Below are positions 1-10,621 of a DNA stretch of 64,000 nucleotides, in pieces. The position numbers and the translations under genes are program-made. Position 1 is the stretch's first letter, and each line of letters opens with the position of its first letter. This DNA is from Callorhinchus milii (Eukaryota): NCBI RefSeq assembly GCF_018977255.1, contig NW_024704742.1:34598001-34662000 (forward strand), read 5' to 3'. The notes under the pieces are model-generated. The model saw only the letters and a list, made by a program, of their open reading frames with translations, searched no databases and was not told the DNA's origin.

Positions 1-55
1 AAGGAAAGTGAGTCAACATTTTGAGGTCCACGACCCTTCGTCAGTTCTGACTGTT
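1..55 (-). mobile_element. Fragment of a Penelope-like terminal repeat with a decayed hammerhead-like motif (cut by the window start)
   Basis: Near-identical to 5029-5072. The minus strand reads CTGACGA-A-GGGTC-GTG-GACCT-CAAAA-TGTTGA. Confidence 0.55.
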
Positions 56-3000
56 GGAAAAATGTGGAGGTTGGTCATTCAGCTGAGCTGCAAATCGATT
101 GAAACGGAAATTATTTTCATAAAACAATTCTGACAAAATTGCTTCACTGCATACTTATCACAAGTTATTGTATTAAAATGACCCATCTGCATGGTTTCTG
201 ATCCCATCCGGTGACCTGTGAGTACTGTATCTTAAACAAGCAGTCTTATCCGGCAATATAATCAATTATTAATGACAGGCTGAAGCTTTAGGGGTGAGCG
301 GTGCCTGCGTCCAATCAGCAGGTAGTGGAAGTGTAAAGTGGAAGCAAAGTGCTCATACTGATAACTGATCAGAAAACCAGGGTAGTTAGTGAACCTTTCT
401 TGTGGACAGTTGCTCAGGAAACCGTTATGAATGGAAATATAATCAGAGTGAACCACAGTATTGTATTGTGTGATCTCAACCACAAGGAGAGATTTGGGAG
501 TCTTTGACGTATTTTTTTTAAAAAAACACACCATTTCTTTTTTGTTCTAATCATGAATAAAGCACACTAAAGATGTGCTGATCTTGATTTTAGCTTGTGC
601 CATAGCAAATCTAGCATTGAAGTTGTTGAGTCAATAACACCCAACATGCAGTGAATCTTATGACAATGAAATTTTATTTATATGATGCACTTTGTTCAGA
701 TTAAACACTGGTTAATTGGTGAATCACAAGCAAAATGTTTAACCTGTGGCTGATAGTTTTGTACACTTATCAGCAATTGCTTCCAAAGGAAACAAGAGTT
801 GGCTTTTATCTGCACTTCTGGCTGCCAGCCAATGTTTCATAAAATATATATAATCGCTACCAGCAAAGTTGGGTCCTTCTAGGTCATGGCGTTCAGACTC
901 TGCTCTCAGTTGCCCAGTCATCGACATCTAAAATCTTTAAAGCTGCTTTACTGTGCAGCGTTCTGTGGCTCTAAACCACTTGTGATTGTTCTCAGGTTCA
1001 GTGTCTTCTGATGATGTTGTGCCCTAGAATTCAGCATAAAGTCAGACCTTAATCTGAATCTCAGTCTGATTTGACCAGAATTTAACTGTGCCATTGTCAT
1101 GCACCTTGAGGAGACCCTTCAGATCCTCTGGAGTACAGGGTTGCCTCTTCTGCTATTCTGCAATCTAACTGTATTGTCAAAGCTTTCAGTAATAATACCG
1201 ATGAGATTCTACCATAGTTGAAGGCGTATAGTACAATATCCGTTGTCCCGATCAAATCCATGCAATGTCTTGCTCGCTTTCGACCTCTGAAAACTTCTCC
1301 AATTACTCTCCTGCCCGCAGCACTAAATATTCCTCTGATTGGGGTCTACTGCTTGTTCCTTAGTCTCTGGCCCAGCATTGGTAGCTTAGCCTTCAGCCAA
1401 TATGACATTGACCCTGGGAGTCTCTTGCCTCACTTCCCCTCTCTCTATGCATTCAGTTGGCTCCTTGAATCATCTTTTGACCATGTTTCTTGGTTAACGC
1501 CCTTTCCAAGCTCAGTGCTCCTTATCATCATAAGGATAAAGTGCTTCGAGATTTTCATCCATTTTATTTTCTGAATGGAGGGACAGGTACATGTCATGCA
1601 TAGTGTGTATCCCAGACTCAGTATGCTGAAAATTTAAACAATACAAATGGTACTCAAACAACGAGGCTTGACACTGCTTGAGTTCCAGATTGATACTGTG
1701 AGGTAAGGGGCCACAGATGGCAGACCTGCAGCAAATCTGGACAGCTACAGTTTCTTGAAAACACACAGGCTCTAAGTGTATAATAATAATCATTGGATTT
1801 GATTTAGCACCTTATCACGTTCTTAAGACATCTGAAAGCATTTACTGTAATGTGTACTGATTGTGTATTTGTACGCAATTGTGGCAGCCAATTTGTGAAC
1901 AGCAATGTTTCTCACAAACAGCCGACAAGTGGATGAGCGTTTTTTCCGGAAGATTGTTAGCCAGGACACTGCGATTTTAAGATGACGATATTTCAAGGCT
2001 AAAGATGAGGAGGCATTTAAGGCCTTAGGAGCTCTATGAGGTTTCAGTGAAGTCTTAAACATACAAAGTTTGAGTGCAATTTGTTGTAGTGTCTGTTTAC
2101 TTCAAATCACACAGCCTGAAATGCTTCCAAAAATGCAGTTTTGTTGCTAGACAGTAAGACTGCTGTTTAAGAAATAATTTAAGAAATAAGAAAAACCCAC
2201 ACCACTGCAAAATGAACTTCAGTCCATGTTGCTCACAGTCTACTTCTTAGCCTAGCAGACCCCCACCAAGGTAGTAATGTGCACCCGTACATGTTATGTA
2301 AAATGGATTTGATTTCATGGAAAGTTCCAATGGGGTTGTTTGTGACTTGTGCTGAGACACATCTGCAGCTTTGATGCACTTCACCTGCAAAGTCATTCAG
2401 TTTACTGGTGGTAAAGGGGCCATGTGATCAGCCTCAAGAATCCCATGATGGATGGCACAAAGCACAGAGATGACAAGATAACTTTAATGCTCCGGATAGG
2501 GAATTCCTCTTATCGTGATTCATTTAAGTGGAATGTATGTATATCAATTCAGATTAATATCTGCAACTAGCAGTGTATTGGCTTTCTGCTTATTAATATT
2601 ACTTACAACTATTGTGACAGTTTAGCCCTTCACGGGATATGTCACTGCGAATAAATCCTAAAGTACTGTAGCTGAGACTGCAAAATGACATTGCGAAGAA
2701 TAATGTGGTAACATAATGTACAGTTTTTTTAATAGTAGAATGAGTGTGTTTTTGAGCCTGGATTCCAAGGTACAAATGCCTGGAATATATTTGTCTGTGG
2801 AAAAGAAGCGAATCTGATGCCTTTTTAATCCATTGTTGAATGTATTGTCACAAATAATCGAGGGAAATGTAAAAGAGACAAGTGTGGAGGTTTTCTTTAT
2901 ACAGTCATGTACTCTCAGGGCTCTGCATTATATCCACTGCTTGGTGGAGAAAGGAATGCCTCCAAGAAATTGAACTAGATTGGAATATGTGCTGATTTGG

Positions 3001-3354
3001 GATTAACAAATGACACGTAAGTTTCTGCGCTTGTAACAGTTAGACCATTTGTTAACATTGAATTGCTTGTTCTTGATCAGTGGTGAAATAGCTGAAATAT
3101 AATTACCATTAACCTTCTCTCTTTGTGTGTCTGTGTGTGTGAACACATTTCTCTTCAGTACTGTTATTTATATAGAAGCTGATATTGCTATGACATTTAA
3201 AGCTTGCTATGTTTTATGCAAAGCCTTAGAACTTGGTTTGTGATTTGAAAGTTTTTTAAAAAAAGCATCGAGGCAGGTCAAGCTGACAAAGCTTTTTAAA
3301 ATCTATTAACTTCTATTACCTCAGTGTAAATTAGATTGCCAGCTATACCTTGGC

Positions 3355-4090
3355 CAGTAAACAGGTACAGCAAGCAACTAGGAAGGCTAATGGCATGTTG
3401 GCTTTTATTGCAAAAGGGTTAGAATACAAGAATAGGTAAATCTTGCTGCAACTGTATTGGGCCTTGGTGAGACCACACCTAGAATATTGCGTGCAGTTTT
3501 GGTCTCCTTATTTAAAAAAGGACATACTCATCTTAGAGGGGGTGCAGCGTAGATTCACTTGGTTAGTTCCTGGGACGAGGGGGTTGACCTATGAGGAAAG
3601 GTTGAGTAAACTAGGCCTATATTCTCTAGAATATAGAAGAATTAGAGATGATCTTATAGAAACATAAGATTCTTATGGGGTTTGACAGAGTAGACAGTGT
3701 GAGACTGTTTCCCCTGGTAGGAGAATCTAGAACTGGGGGGGTTTGGGCAGTGATGTCTTCCCAGTGAGTCCTGGCCTCGAGATTCAAACTAGGGGTCATA
3801 GTTTTGAGATTAAGGGATAGCCCTTTCGAACAGAGTTGAGGAAACTTCTTCACTCAGAGGGTAGTGAATTTATGGAATTCTCTACCCCAGAAGGCTGTAG
3901 ATGCTCAGTCCTTGAACATATTCAAGACTGAGATTGATAGATTTCTAAAGGATAGAGGGATTAAGGGATATGGGGATAAGACAGAGCAGATGGAGTTAGG
4001 TTAGAAGATCAGCCATGGCTCAGCAGGCTTGAGGATCCGAATGGCCTACTTGTGCTCCTAATGCCTATGTTCCTATGTCCTATGTTCCTA
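3355..4090 (+). mobile_element. CR1 LINE 3' fragment
   Basis: ORF2 C-terminus [19 protein letters not shown]...LEGVQRRFT, followed by a 3' UTR ending in (TATGTTCC)n-like repeats at 4061-4090. Confidence 0.92.
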
Positions 4091-4135
4091 AACTAGAATG
4101 ATCAATTCCCCTTTATGCCATTTTACGTATGCATT

Positions 4136-5690
4136 GATTTCATAAAATCAAAAAATTATACAGCACAGAAGGAGGCCATTCGGCCCATCATGTCTGTGCC
4201 AGCTCTTTGAAAAGAGCTATACAAATCAATCCCACTCCTCCGCACTCTCCATAGCCCTGCAAACCTATAGAATCATAGAATTATACAACACAGAAGGAGG
4301 TCAGGCGGCCATTACATTTAAATGTAATTTTTGTCATTGTGGACATTATCCTACCAATGTAGCCTTCTAAGGTTAACCTGGTTTATTTAACTAACCAGTG
4401 TTTTATAAAGGTTCATCATAACTTCCTGACTTTTGTATTCTATTCCCCTATTTATAAAGCCTAGTATCCCGTATGCTTTTTAACAGCTGTATCTACCTGT
4501 CTTGCCACTTTCAAAATTTACTTATATGAACCCCCAGGTCTCTCTGTTCCTTCATCCCTTTTAAAATTCTACCATCTACCTTATATTGCCTCTCCTCATT
4601 CTTCCTCCCAAAATGCATCATTTCACATTTATTCACATTAAATTTAATCTGCCACGTGTCTGCCCATTTTACCAGTCTGTCATCTTGCAGTCTGCTACTA
4701 TCCTCCTCACTGTTTACTGCTTTTCCTAGCTTAGCATCATCTGCAAACTTGGAAATTGTACTCCCTACACCCAAGTCCAGGTCATCTATACAGATCACAA
4801 ACAGCAGTGGTCTCAATACCGACCCCTGGGGGACACCACTGCACACTTCTCTCCAGTCAGAAAAACAACCATTCGCCACCACTCTGCTTTCTGTCTCCCA
4901 GCCAGTTCTGTATCCATGCTGCCACTATCCCTTTAATACTAAATGCAAAATACTGCAGATGCTGGAAATCTGAAACAAAAACAGAAGTCGCTGGGAACAC
5001 TCAGCAGGTGAGGCAGCATCTATGAAGAAAGGAAAGTGAGTCAATGTTTTGGGTCCATGACCCTTCATCAGACTAGGTGACTTATCTACCTTGAGCACCG
5101 ACAACCATTTCAGTACCTCCTCTCAGTTTATTCTTATCCAATTTCTCTACCTATTCCTCCGATACTGTGGCATTGGCTTCATCGTCTTCTTTTGTGGAGA
5201 CTGATGCAAAATACTCATTCAATACGCAACCATGCCCTCTGTCTCCACAAGAAGATTTTCTCTTTGGTCCCTAAGTGTACCCACCCTACCTTCGACTAAC
5301 CGTTTATTCTTTGTATGCTTATAAAATACCTTAGGCTTCCCTCTTATGTTACCTGCTAATCTTTTCTCATAAAATCTCTTTGCCCCTCTTATTTCCTTTT
5401 TCACTTCTCCTCTGTACTTACTATTATTTAATTTGATTAGCTTCCGTATTTTGGACCTGACATTTATCATAAGCCTCCTTTTTCTGTTTCATTTTAATCC
5501 CAATTTCCTTATTCATCCAGGGAAGTTTGGATGCTCTACCTTTCCCCTTTGTGGGAATGTATTTGTTCTGTCCCCGAACTATCTCCTCCTTGCAGGTTTC
5601 CCATTGCTCATTAGATGTTTTACCTGCCAATCTTTCTTTTCAGTTCACCTTGGCTAGATCCCTTTTTAACTCATTGAAATTAGCCCTCTT
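4136..5690 (-). mobile_element. CR1 LINE fragments (two 3' tails, RT domain, upstream ORF2), interrupted at 4935-5075
   Basis: RT motifs SGVPQGSVL...ISKFADDAKL...KFNVNKCEMMHFG (4511-4882). ORF2 pieces PWMNKEI and KVFYKH (5219-5630). Tails at 4136-4270 and 4266-4312. Confidence 0.9.
4935..5075 (-). mobile_element. Penelope-like terminal repeat fragment inserted in a CR1 LINE
   Basis: A non-CR1 140-bp block interrupts CR1. It has internal inverted repeats (agatgctg/cagcatct) and reads CTGATGA-A-GGGTC-ATG-GACCC-AAAA-CATTGA on the minus strand. The family assignment comes from recollection of chondrichthyan repeats. Confidence 0.55.
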
Positions 5691-6094
5691 GAGCATCATC
5701 GTTCCGAATATGGTGTAAAATGCCTGGCCAGTAAACACCAGTCAGAAAATGTGACCTAAAATTGCCAGACTTTGTCTCGTCTGGCACTTTTCAAATGGCA
5801 AAGCAGTGTGCTGAATTTAGAATAGAGAATTTACTGAAATGTCATGCATAATATGGAGAGTTTTGTTCACTGAGCGATCATGTGCAGTATGTTAGCCTGT
5901 GGGATTAGTAGCAGAACCAATGTTGTTTAAAAAAAATTCCTTTATGAGAAAGATCTAGACAGTGCAACTCAATTATGAAACTAAATACAGATTATTTAGA
6001 CAATTACGTCCAAGATTTCTCTTGTTTTAGTTGGGGGTAGGACTCAGAGCATTTTATTTGACATCTGTTTGACTGATACAACACACAGAAATGT

Positions 6095-6792
6095 AACAAA
6101 AACCACAACTTGCCCTTATATAGAGCCCTCCACAGAGGGTAGCATCTCAGAGCGCTTAACAGTGGCGGATCCTGACTCCGAGCCGGGAGGGTGGGGGGGA
6201 GGTGATCGTAAGCACGGTCGAAAAGGAAGTCTTTCAGGCGGGACTTGTAAAAGGGGAAAGAGGGGTCAAGGCAGACGGATTGAGGGAGAGTGTTCCAGAG
6301 TTTTGGGGCTTAGTGGTTGAATGCGCGACCTCTAATGGTGGAGCAGAGGGCGTGAGGGACAAGCAGCCGGTGCCAGTCGAATGGAGGTGCTGGTTGGTGG
6401 CTGGGGAGTAATAATAATAATAATAATAATCCTTGCATTTGATATAGCGCTTTTCACGTCGGGAGGACATCCCAAAGTGCTTCACAGAACACACTGTAAA
6501 GTGAATTGACTGTATATTTGTGGGCGAACGCGGCAGCCAATTGCGCACAGCAATGTCCCACAAACAGTCGTAGATTGAAAATGACCAATTTATTATTGTT
6601 TTTGGTTTTGGAGGGATTATTATTAGGCGTGAGGAGTAAGGAAACTTGCCCAAGGTTTCGCCCTGCCTGGAATTGAACTCAGGTCTCTCGCTTGCAAAGC
6701 GAGTGCTCTAACCACTGAGCTACAGGACTCCAAAGTAGAGAGGTAGGGAGATGCCAGGGAGTGAAGGGATTTGAACATGAGTGTAAGCATCT
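6095..6792 (-). mobile_element. L2 LINE 3' fragment interrupted by a SINE
   Basis: Homologous to 10622-11190 and 55730-56430. It resumes at 6733 after the SINE. Confidence 0.75.
6408..6732 (-). mobile_element. Young tRNA-Ala-derived SINE, full length
   Basis: Head has Pol III A box TAGCTCAGTGG, B box GTTCAATTCC and anticodon arm CTCGC-TTTGCAA-GCGAG. Ends in an (ATT)n tail. Near-identical to other copies. Confidence 0.93.
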
Positions 6793-6853
6793 ATATATAA
6801 GTGCTATATAAGTCAAAGCAGAGTATGAGTTATAACCAGTTAGTTCTTTACCC

Positions 6854-7168
6854 GTGGAGTCCTGTAGCTCAGTGGTTAGAGCACTCGCTTTGCAAGTGAG
6901 AGACCTGGGTTCAATTCCAGGCAGAGGGCGAAACCTTGGACAAGTTTCCTTACTCCACACGCCTAATAATAATCCCTCCAAAACCAAAAACAATAATAAA
7001 TTGGTCATTTTCAATCTACGACTGTTTGTGGGACATTGCTGTGCGCAATTGGCTGCCGTGTTCGCCCACAAATATACAGTCAATTCACTTTACAGTGTTC
7101 TGTGAAGCGCTTTGGGACGTCCTCCCGACGTGAAAAGCGCTATATCAAATGCAAGTATTATTATTATT
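6854..7168 (+). mobile_element. Young tRNA-Ala-derived SINE, full length
   Basis: GTGGAGTCCTGTAGCTCAGTGGTTAGAGC...GGGACGTCCTCCCGACGTGAAAAGCGCTATATCAAATGCAAG(ATT)n. Confidence 0.93.
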
Positions 7169-7284
7169 GTTAATGTACTTTGTTGACACAAAGAGGTACT
7201 TTGGTGCTGAATGTCACTTTCCTTTATGCAAAATTCTGTATGTTGAATGTTTTAGGAGTTGATGGGGGGATATTTCCCTGGGGT

Positions 7285-7720
7285 TGCACTAGTGAAAGAG
7301 ATATACTTATAATAATACTTGACATAATAAACGGCAAAACATTTTAAGCCACATCACAGCAAATTGGTGGCGAATGTGGTAGCCAATTAGTGCACAGCAA
7401 TTTCCTACAAACAGCCATGGAGTGAGTAACCAATTTATCTGGGGGATTGTTAGCTACGATGCCAGGAGAAAAACTCCTCTCTGTTTTTGAGTAATCCATG
7501 GGATCTTTAACATCCACATAGAAAGGTAGGTAGACAGACAGGACTTTGATTTAACATCTCGTCTGAAGGACGGTACTTCTGAGAATGCAGCACTCCCTCT
7601 GCTCTACACTGGAGTGTCAACCTACAATGTGAGCTCAATGTCCCAATATGGAGCCTGAGCCCACAACCTTCTGACTCACAGGTGAGAGTACAGTTTTACC
7701 AACTGAGCTAAGCAGACACC
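7285..7720 (-). mobile_element. Old Deu/SacSINE-like SINE
   Basis: On the minus strand, a tRNA-like head (gagtcagaaggttgtggg) is followed by the gatgttaaagatcccatgg central domain shared with other old copies. Confidence 0.7.
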
Positions 7721-8877
7721 TTTAATGCGTGAAACACAAGTTCATAATATAACATCTAATTATTTCAAGTTTTCATAAAGTTTATTGATTTAGCACCAAT
7801 AATGTTCAGCTCTTTCAAAACTCCTCCACTATAAATTCCCACTTGGCCTTGCCCCAATAACCCCAAATGATAAAGACAATGCCCAGTGTAGCATTAAACC
7901 ACGCAGACCAGAGAGTTTGATCCATGAATTGTGCTGAGACAACTGATGCCGACCTGACCTGGACCAGTTCTAGAGCCATTAAAAGTGGCTTTGATGTCCT
8001 CGAATTAAGCAGAAGAAGAAATTAGACTCCATTCCTGCTCCAGAATGCTGCTTATTAATCCCTGGAAAGTCTCTGCACAATGGATAGGGTGGGGGGGCCA
8101 GGGTCAACCTCAGCTGTAATACCTTTCGAGATTGAAAAGTTCTGCTCACAAACTAGGAATGGACTCTCAGGCTGGGTTGTAGAGGACTGTCATCAACCCT
8201 AGAAGTGCACACCAGCAAGAATTGATGCTTACCAATTGATGACTTATATAGGAGAGAAAGAAGGGAAATTAAAGCCTCATTTTTATAACCTGCTTCTTCT
8301 GTGATTCCCAAGGTAGTGTTTAAATAAATTATGAAATAACCTTTGATGTGTTCAGTGTCAAAAGTAATTGATGGTTGTTGCTGCTTGCATTTTTTTATTC
8401 TCAGTGTCACTGGGTGTAACTGGTTCATGTAGTGAGGGCTGACTTTATTTTATCCCAGTTTACTAAGTGAATTCTTCCCTTGCTACTGTGAGATCTTAAT
8501 ATTAACCAACTCAGATACTGGTGGGAATCTTGGGCTCATGAGTTTGCGTGTGTGAGAATTGTCACCTCAGTAAGAGAAATAGCTTGGCTTGGTAACACAA
8601 GTGTATTAAACGGGGGAGTGAGATGAACATTGCATTATTTATATCTAGAACTGTGATTTTGACCAGGGGGAGGAGGAGGGAGATCATGGGATAGACTTAA
8701 TAGTGGATTTGTGCAGAAGGGCCCACAATTCTGTTGCTTTTGTTGATGTTTACAAATATGAACATGGATCTTCAATTTTTTTTGGGGGGGGCATTTTCAT
8801 AAAGTCAGTTTGTCCATTGAATTGAATCTAACTGATAACAGCTGTGTGTGTTGGTGTCTTTCTGTGTATAAATAATA

Positions 8878-9210
8878 TATAATAATAATCCTTTCATTTG
8901 ATATAGCCTCTTATCATGTCTTCGAGACATCTCAAAGCGCTTCACAGCATATACTGTAAAGTGAATTGAAACCTTGGGCAAGTTTGCTTACTCCACACAC
9001 CTAATGATAATCCCTCCAAAACAAAACAATAATAAATTAATCATTTTCAATCCACGACTGTTTGTGGGACACTGCTGTGCGCAATTGGCTGCCGCGTTTC
9101 GCCCACAAATATACAGTCAATTCACTTTACAGTATATTCTGTGAAGCGCTTTGAGACGTCGAGAAGACATGAAAAGCGCTATATCAAATGCAAGGATTAT
9201 TATTATTATT
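8878..9210. mobile_element. Fold-back SINE: inverted 3' tail (8878-8969, -) fused to a headless SINE (8969-9210, +)
   Basis: 8881-8969 is the reverse complement, with a few mismatches, of 9117-9209. Confidence 0.88.
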
Positions 9211-9700
9211 TGTGAGTGTATCTGTAGAGGTATGTGAATATGTCTGTTTTTGTTTGTCTTTGTATAAATGTGTGTGTAGGCATGTGTCTGTGTATGTATC
9301 TGTGTGGGGGAATCCCTCTGTATGGCTGTCAACAATAATGACTCAACAATTTTATAATAGTTTAACTCTTTGTAAGTACAGTCACTACCGTTTTAGGAAT
9401 ACTCCATCAGGAAGCAAGCTGATTATCAAACAAATAGTTAATGAAATATCAATGGATTTTTTTGCATAACCTCTTCATTTTTTAGATATTTTATAATGTT
9501 AAAAAATTTAACGAATTAAAAAATTTAACATTAGGTAAGGAACTCTCAATTAAATCCTCAAAGGAAAAAATAACTTAATAACGTTTTAAAGTACCTCATT
9601 CTAAACCACTTCATCTTACATAAATCACGTTTGCAGAAGTAATAAATGTTTAATAAAAAATGTTTTAGTAACTTTGCCATTTTGTATTGCTGTCTTCCAG

Positions 9701-9832
9701 GAAGAAATCTTTCTTGTATTCAGCGCTATACGCTGCATTTATATTTGGTGGTCGGCATATGATGAAACAACGAGAGAAGTTTGAACTGAGAAAACCCCTG
9801 GTGCTGTGGTCGCTGAGCCTTGCTGTATTTAG
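9701..9832 (+). CDS. ELOVL6: ELOVL fatty acid elongase 6, second coding exon (132 nt)
   Basis: Bounded by ttccag|G and AG|gtaggt. Translates (W)[44 protein letters not shown], which matches the ELOVL6 N-terminal TM region. Absent from the ORF track. The first coding exon was not found in the window. Confidence 0.96.
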
Positions 9833-10329
9833 GTAGGTGCTCCTTACCTTCTGTGCTGTGCCTCAGTGATGGGAAAAGCATGTGCCTCTTTGATGTAATT
9901 CTAAAGCAGTTTAACCTAGGTTGGACATTATTGCCATTTTTGACATTTGCAATGCCTTTTCTGTTCTCCAATTGTCATTTTACAGTTCCCTTTGGCCTCT
10001 CAACTTACAGAATACAGGTGCTTTTTCAATAGTACTAGTTTCAGTGACAGTAGCTGAAAAGAATGACTTAACCAAGTATAAAAGTAATGATGATTAGAAC
10101 AATATTAAAGTCAACTTATTTGTGAGATGCCCAGAGTGGTGAGTCAAAATTTAAATTGCTTTTATTTGAGATATCCTCACCTCAGCATTTTTTTTAGTGA
10201 CCTGTTTTAATTTGTCCCGATGAAGGACTAGGTAAGTAATATAGAGCTACAAAACGGAAACAACACTCTTTTTAAATCCCTTGACTTTAATTATTTCTGC
10301 TGCCAGGTGTTTCAGCATGTCGGTCTTTT

Positions 10330-10370
<41 letters not shown>

Positions 10371-10375
10371 GTCTC
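10330..10375. repeat. (CT)n microsatellite
   Basis: Directly visible. Confidence 0.9.
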
Positions 10376-10621
10376 CAAGGCTTCTGTTTCCAAGGCAAAT
10401 GCATTGTAAATGTGCTGATCTCAACTTTAATTGAGTACAGTGCTGTTAAGACACACTGCCCTTCCCTCAACTATAAGCCTGGGTTTAAGGATTAGCAACA
10501 GTATATGACCAAAAGAGATGTCTAAAGTGCACAATCTTACATTTTAAGGCAAAATGGTCTCGCAGGCTAAGACTGAGTGGAACTTTTGGTCTTTGGGCCT
10601 TGATTTGATAACAGAAATTTG

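Noticed and set aside
6657..6732. tRNA-Ala(TGC) gene: near-complete cloverleaf, also at 6854, 28592, 33711 and 63470
   Set aside because: It is always fused to the same SINE body and (ATT)n tail, with an irregular acceptor and T stem and no T-run terminator. It is a SINE head, not a tRNA gene.
6234..7133. Recurrent small ORFs such as MGKFPYSTRLIIIPPKPKTIINWSFSI... (also 33791 and 63231), suggesting a peptide gene family
   Set aside because: They are translations of SINE copies from non-ATG starts, with no splice signals or coding evidence.
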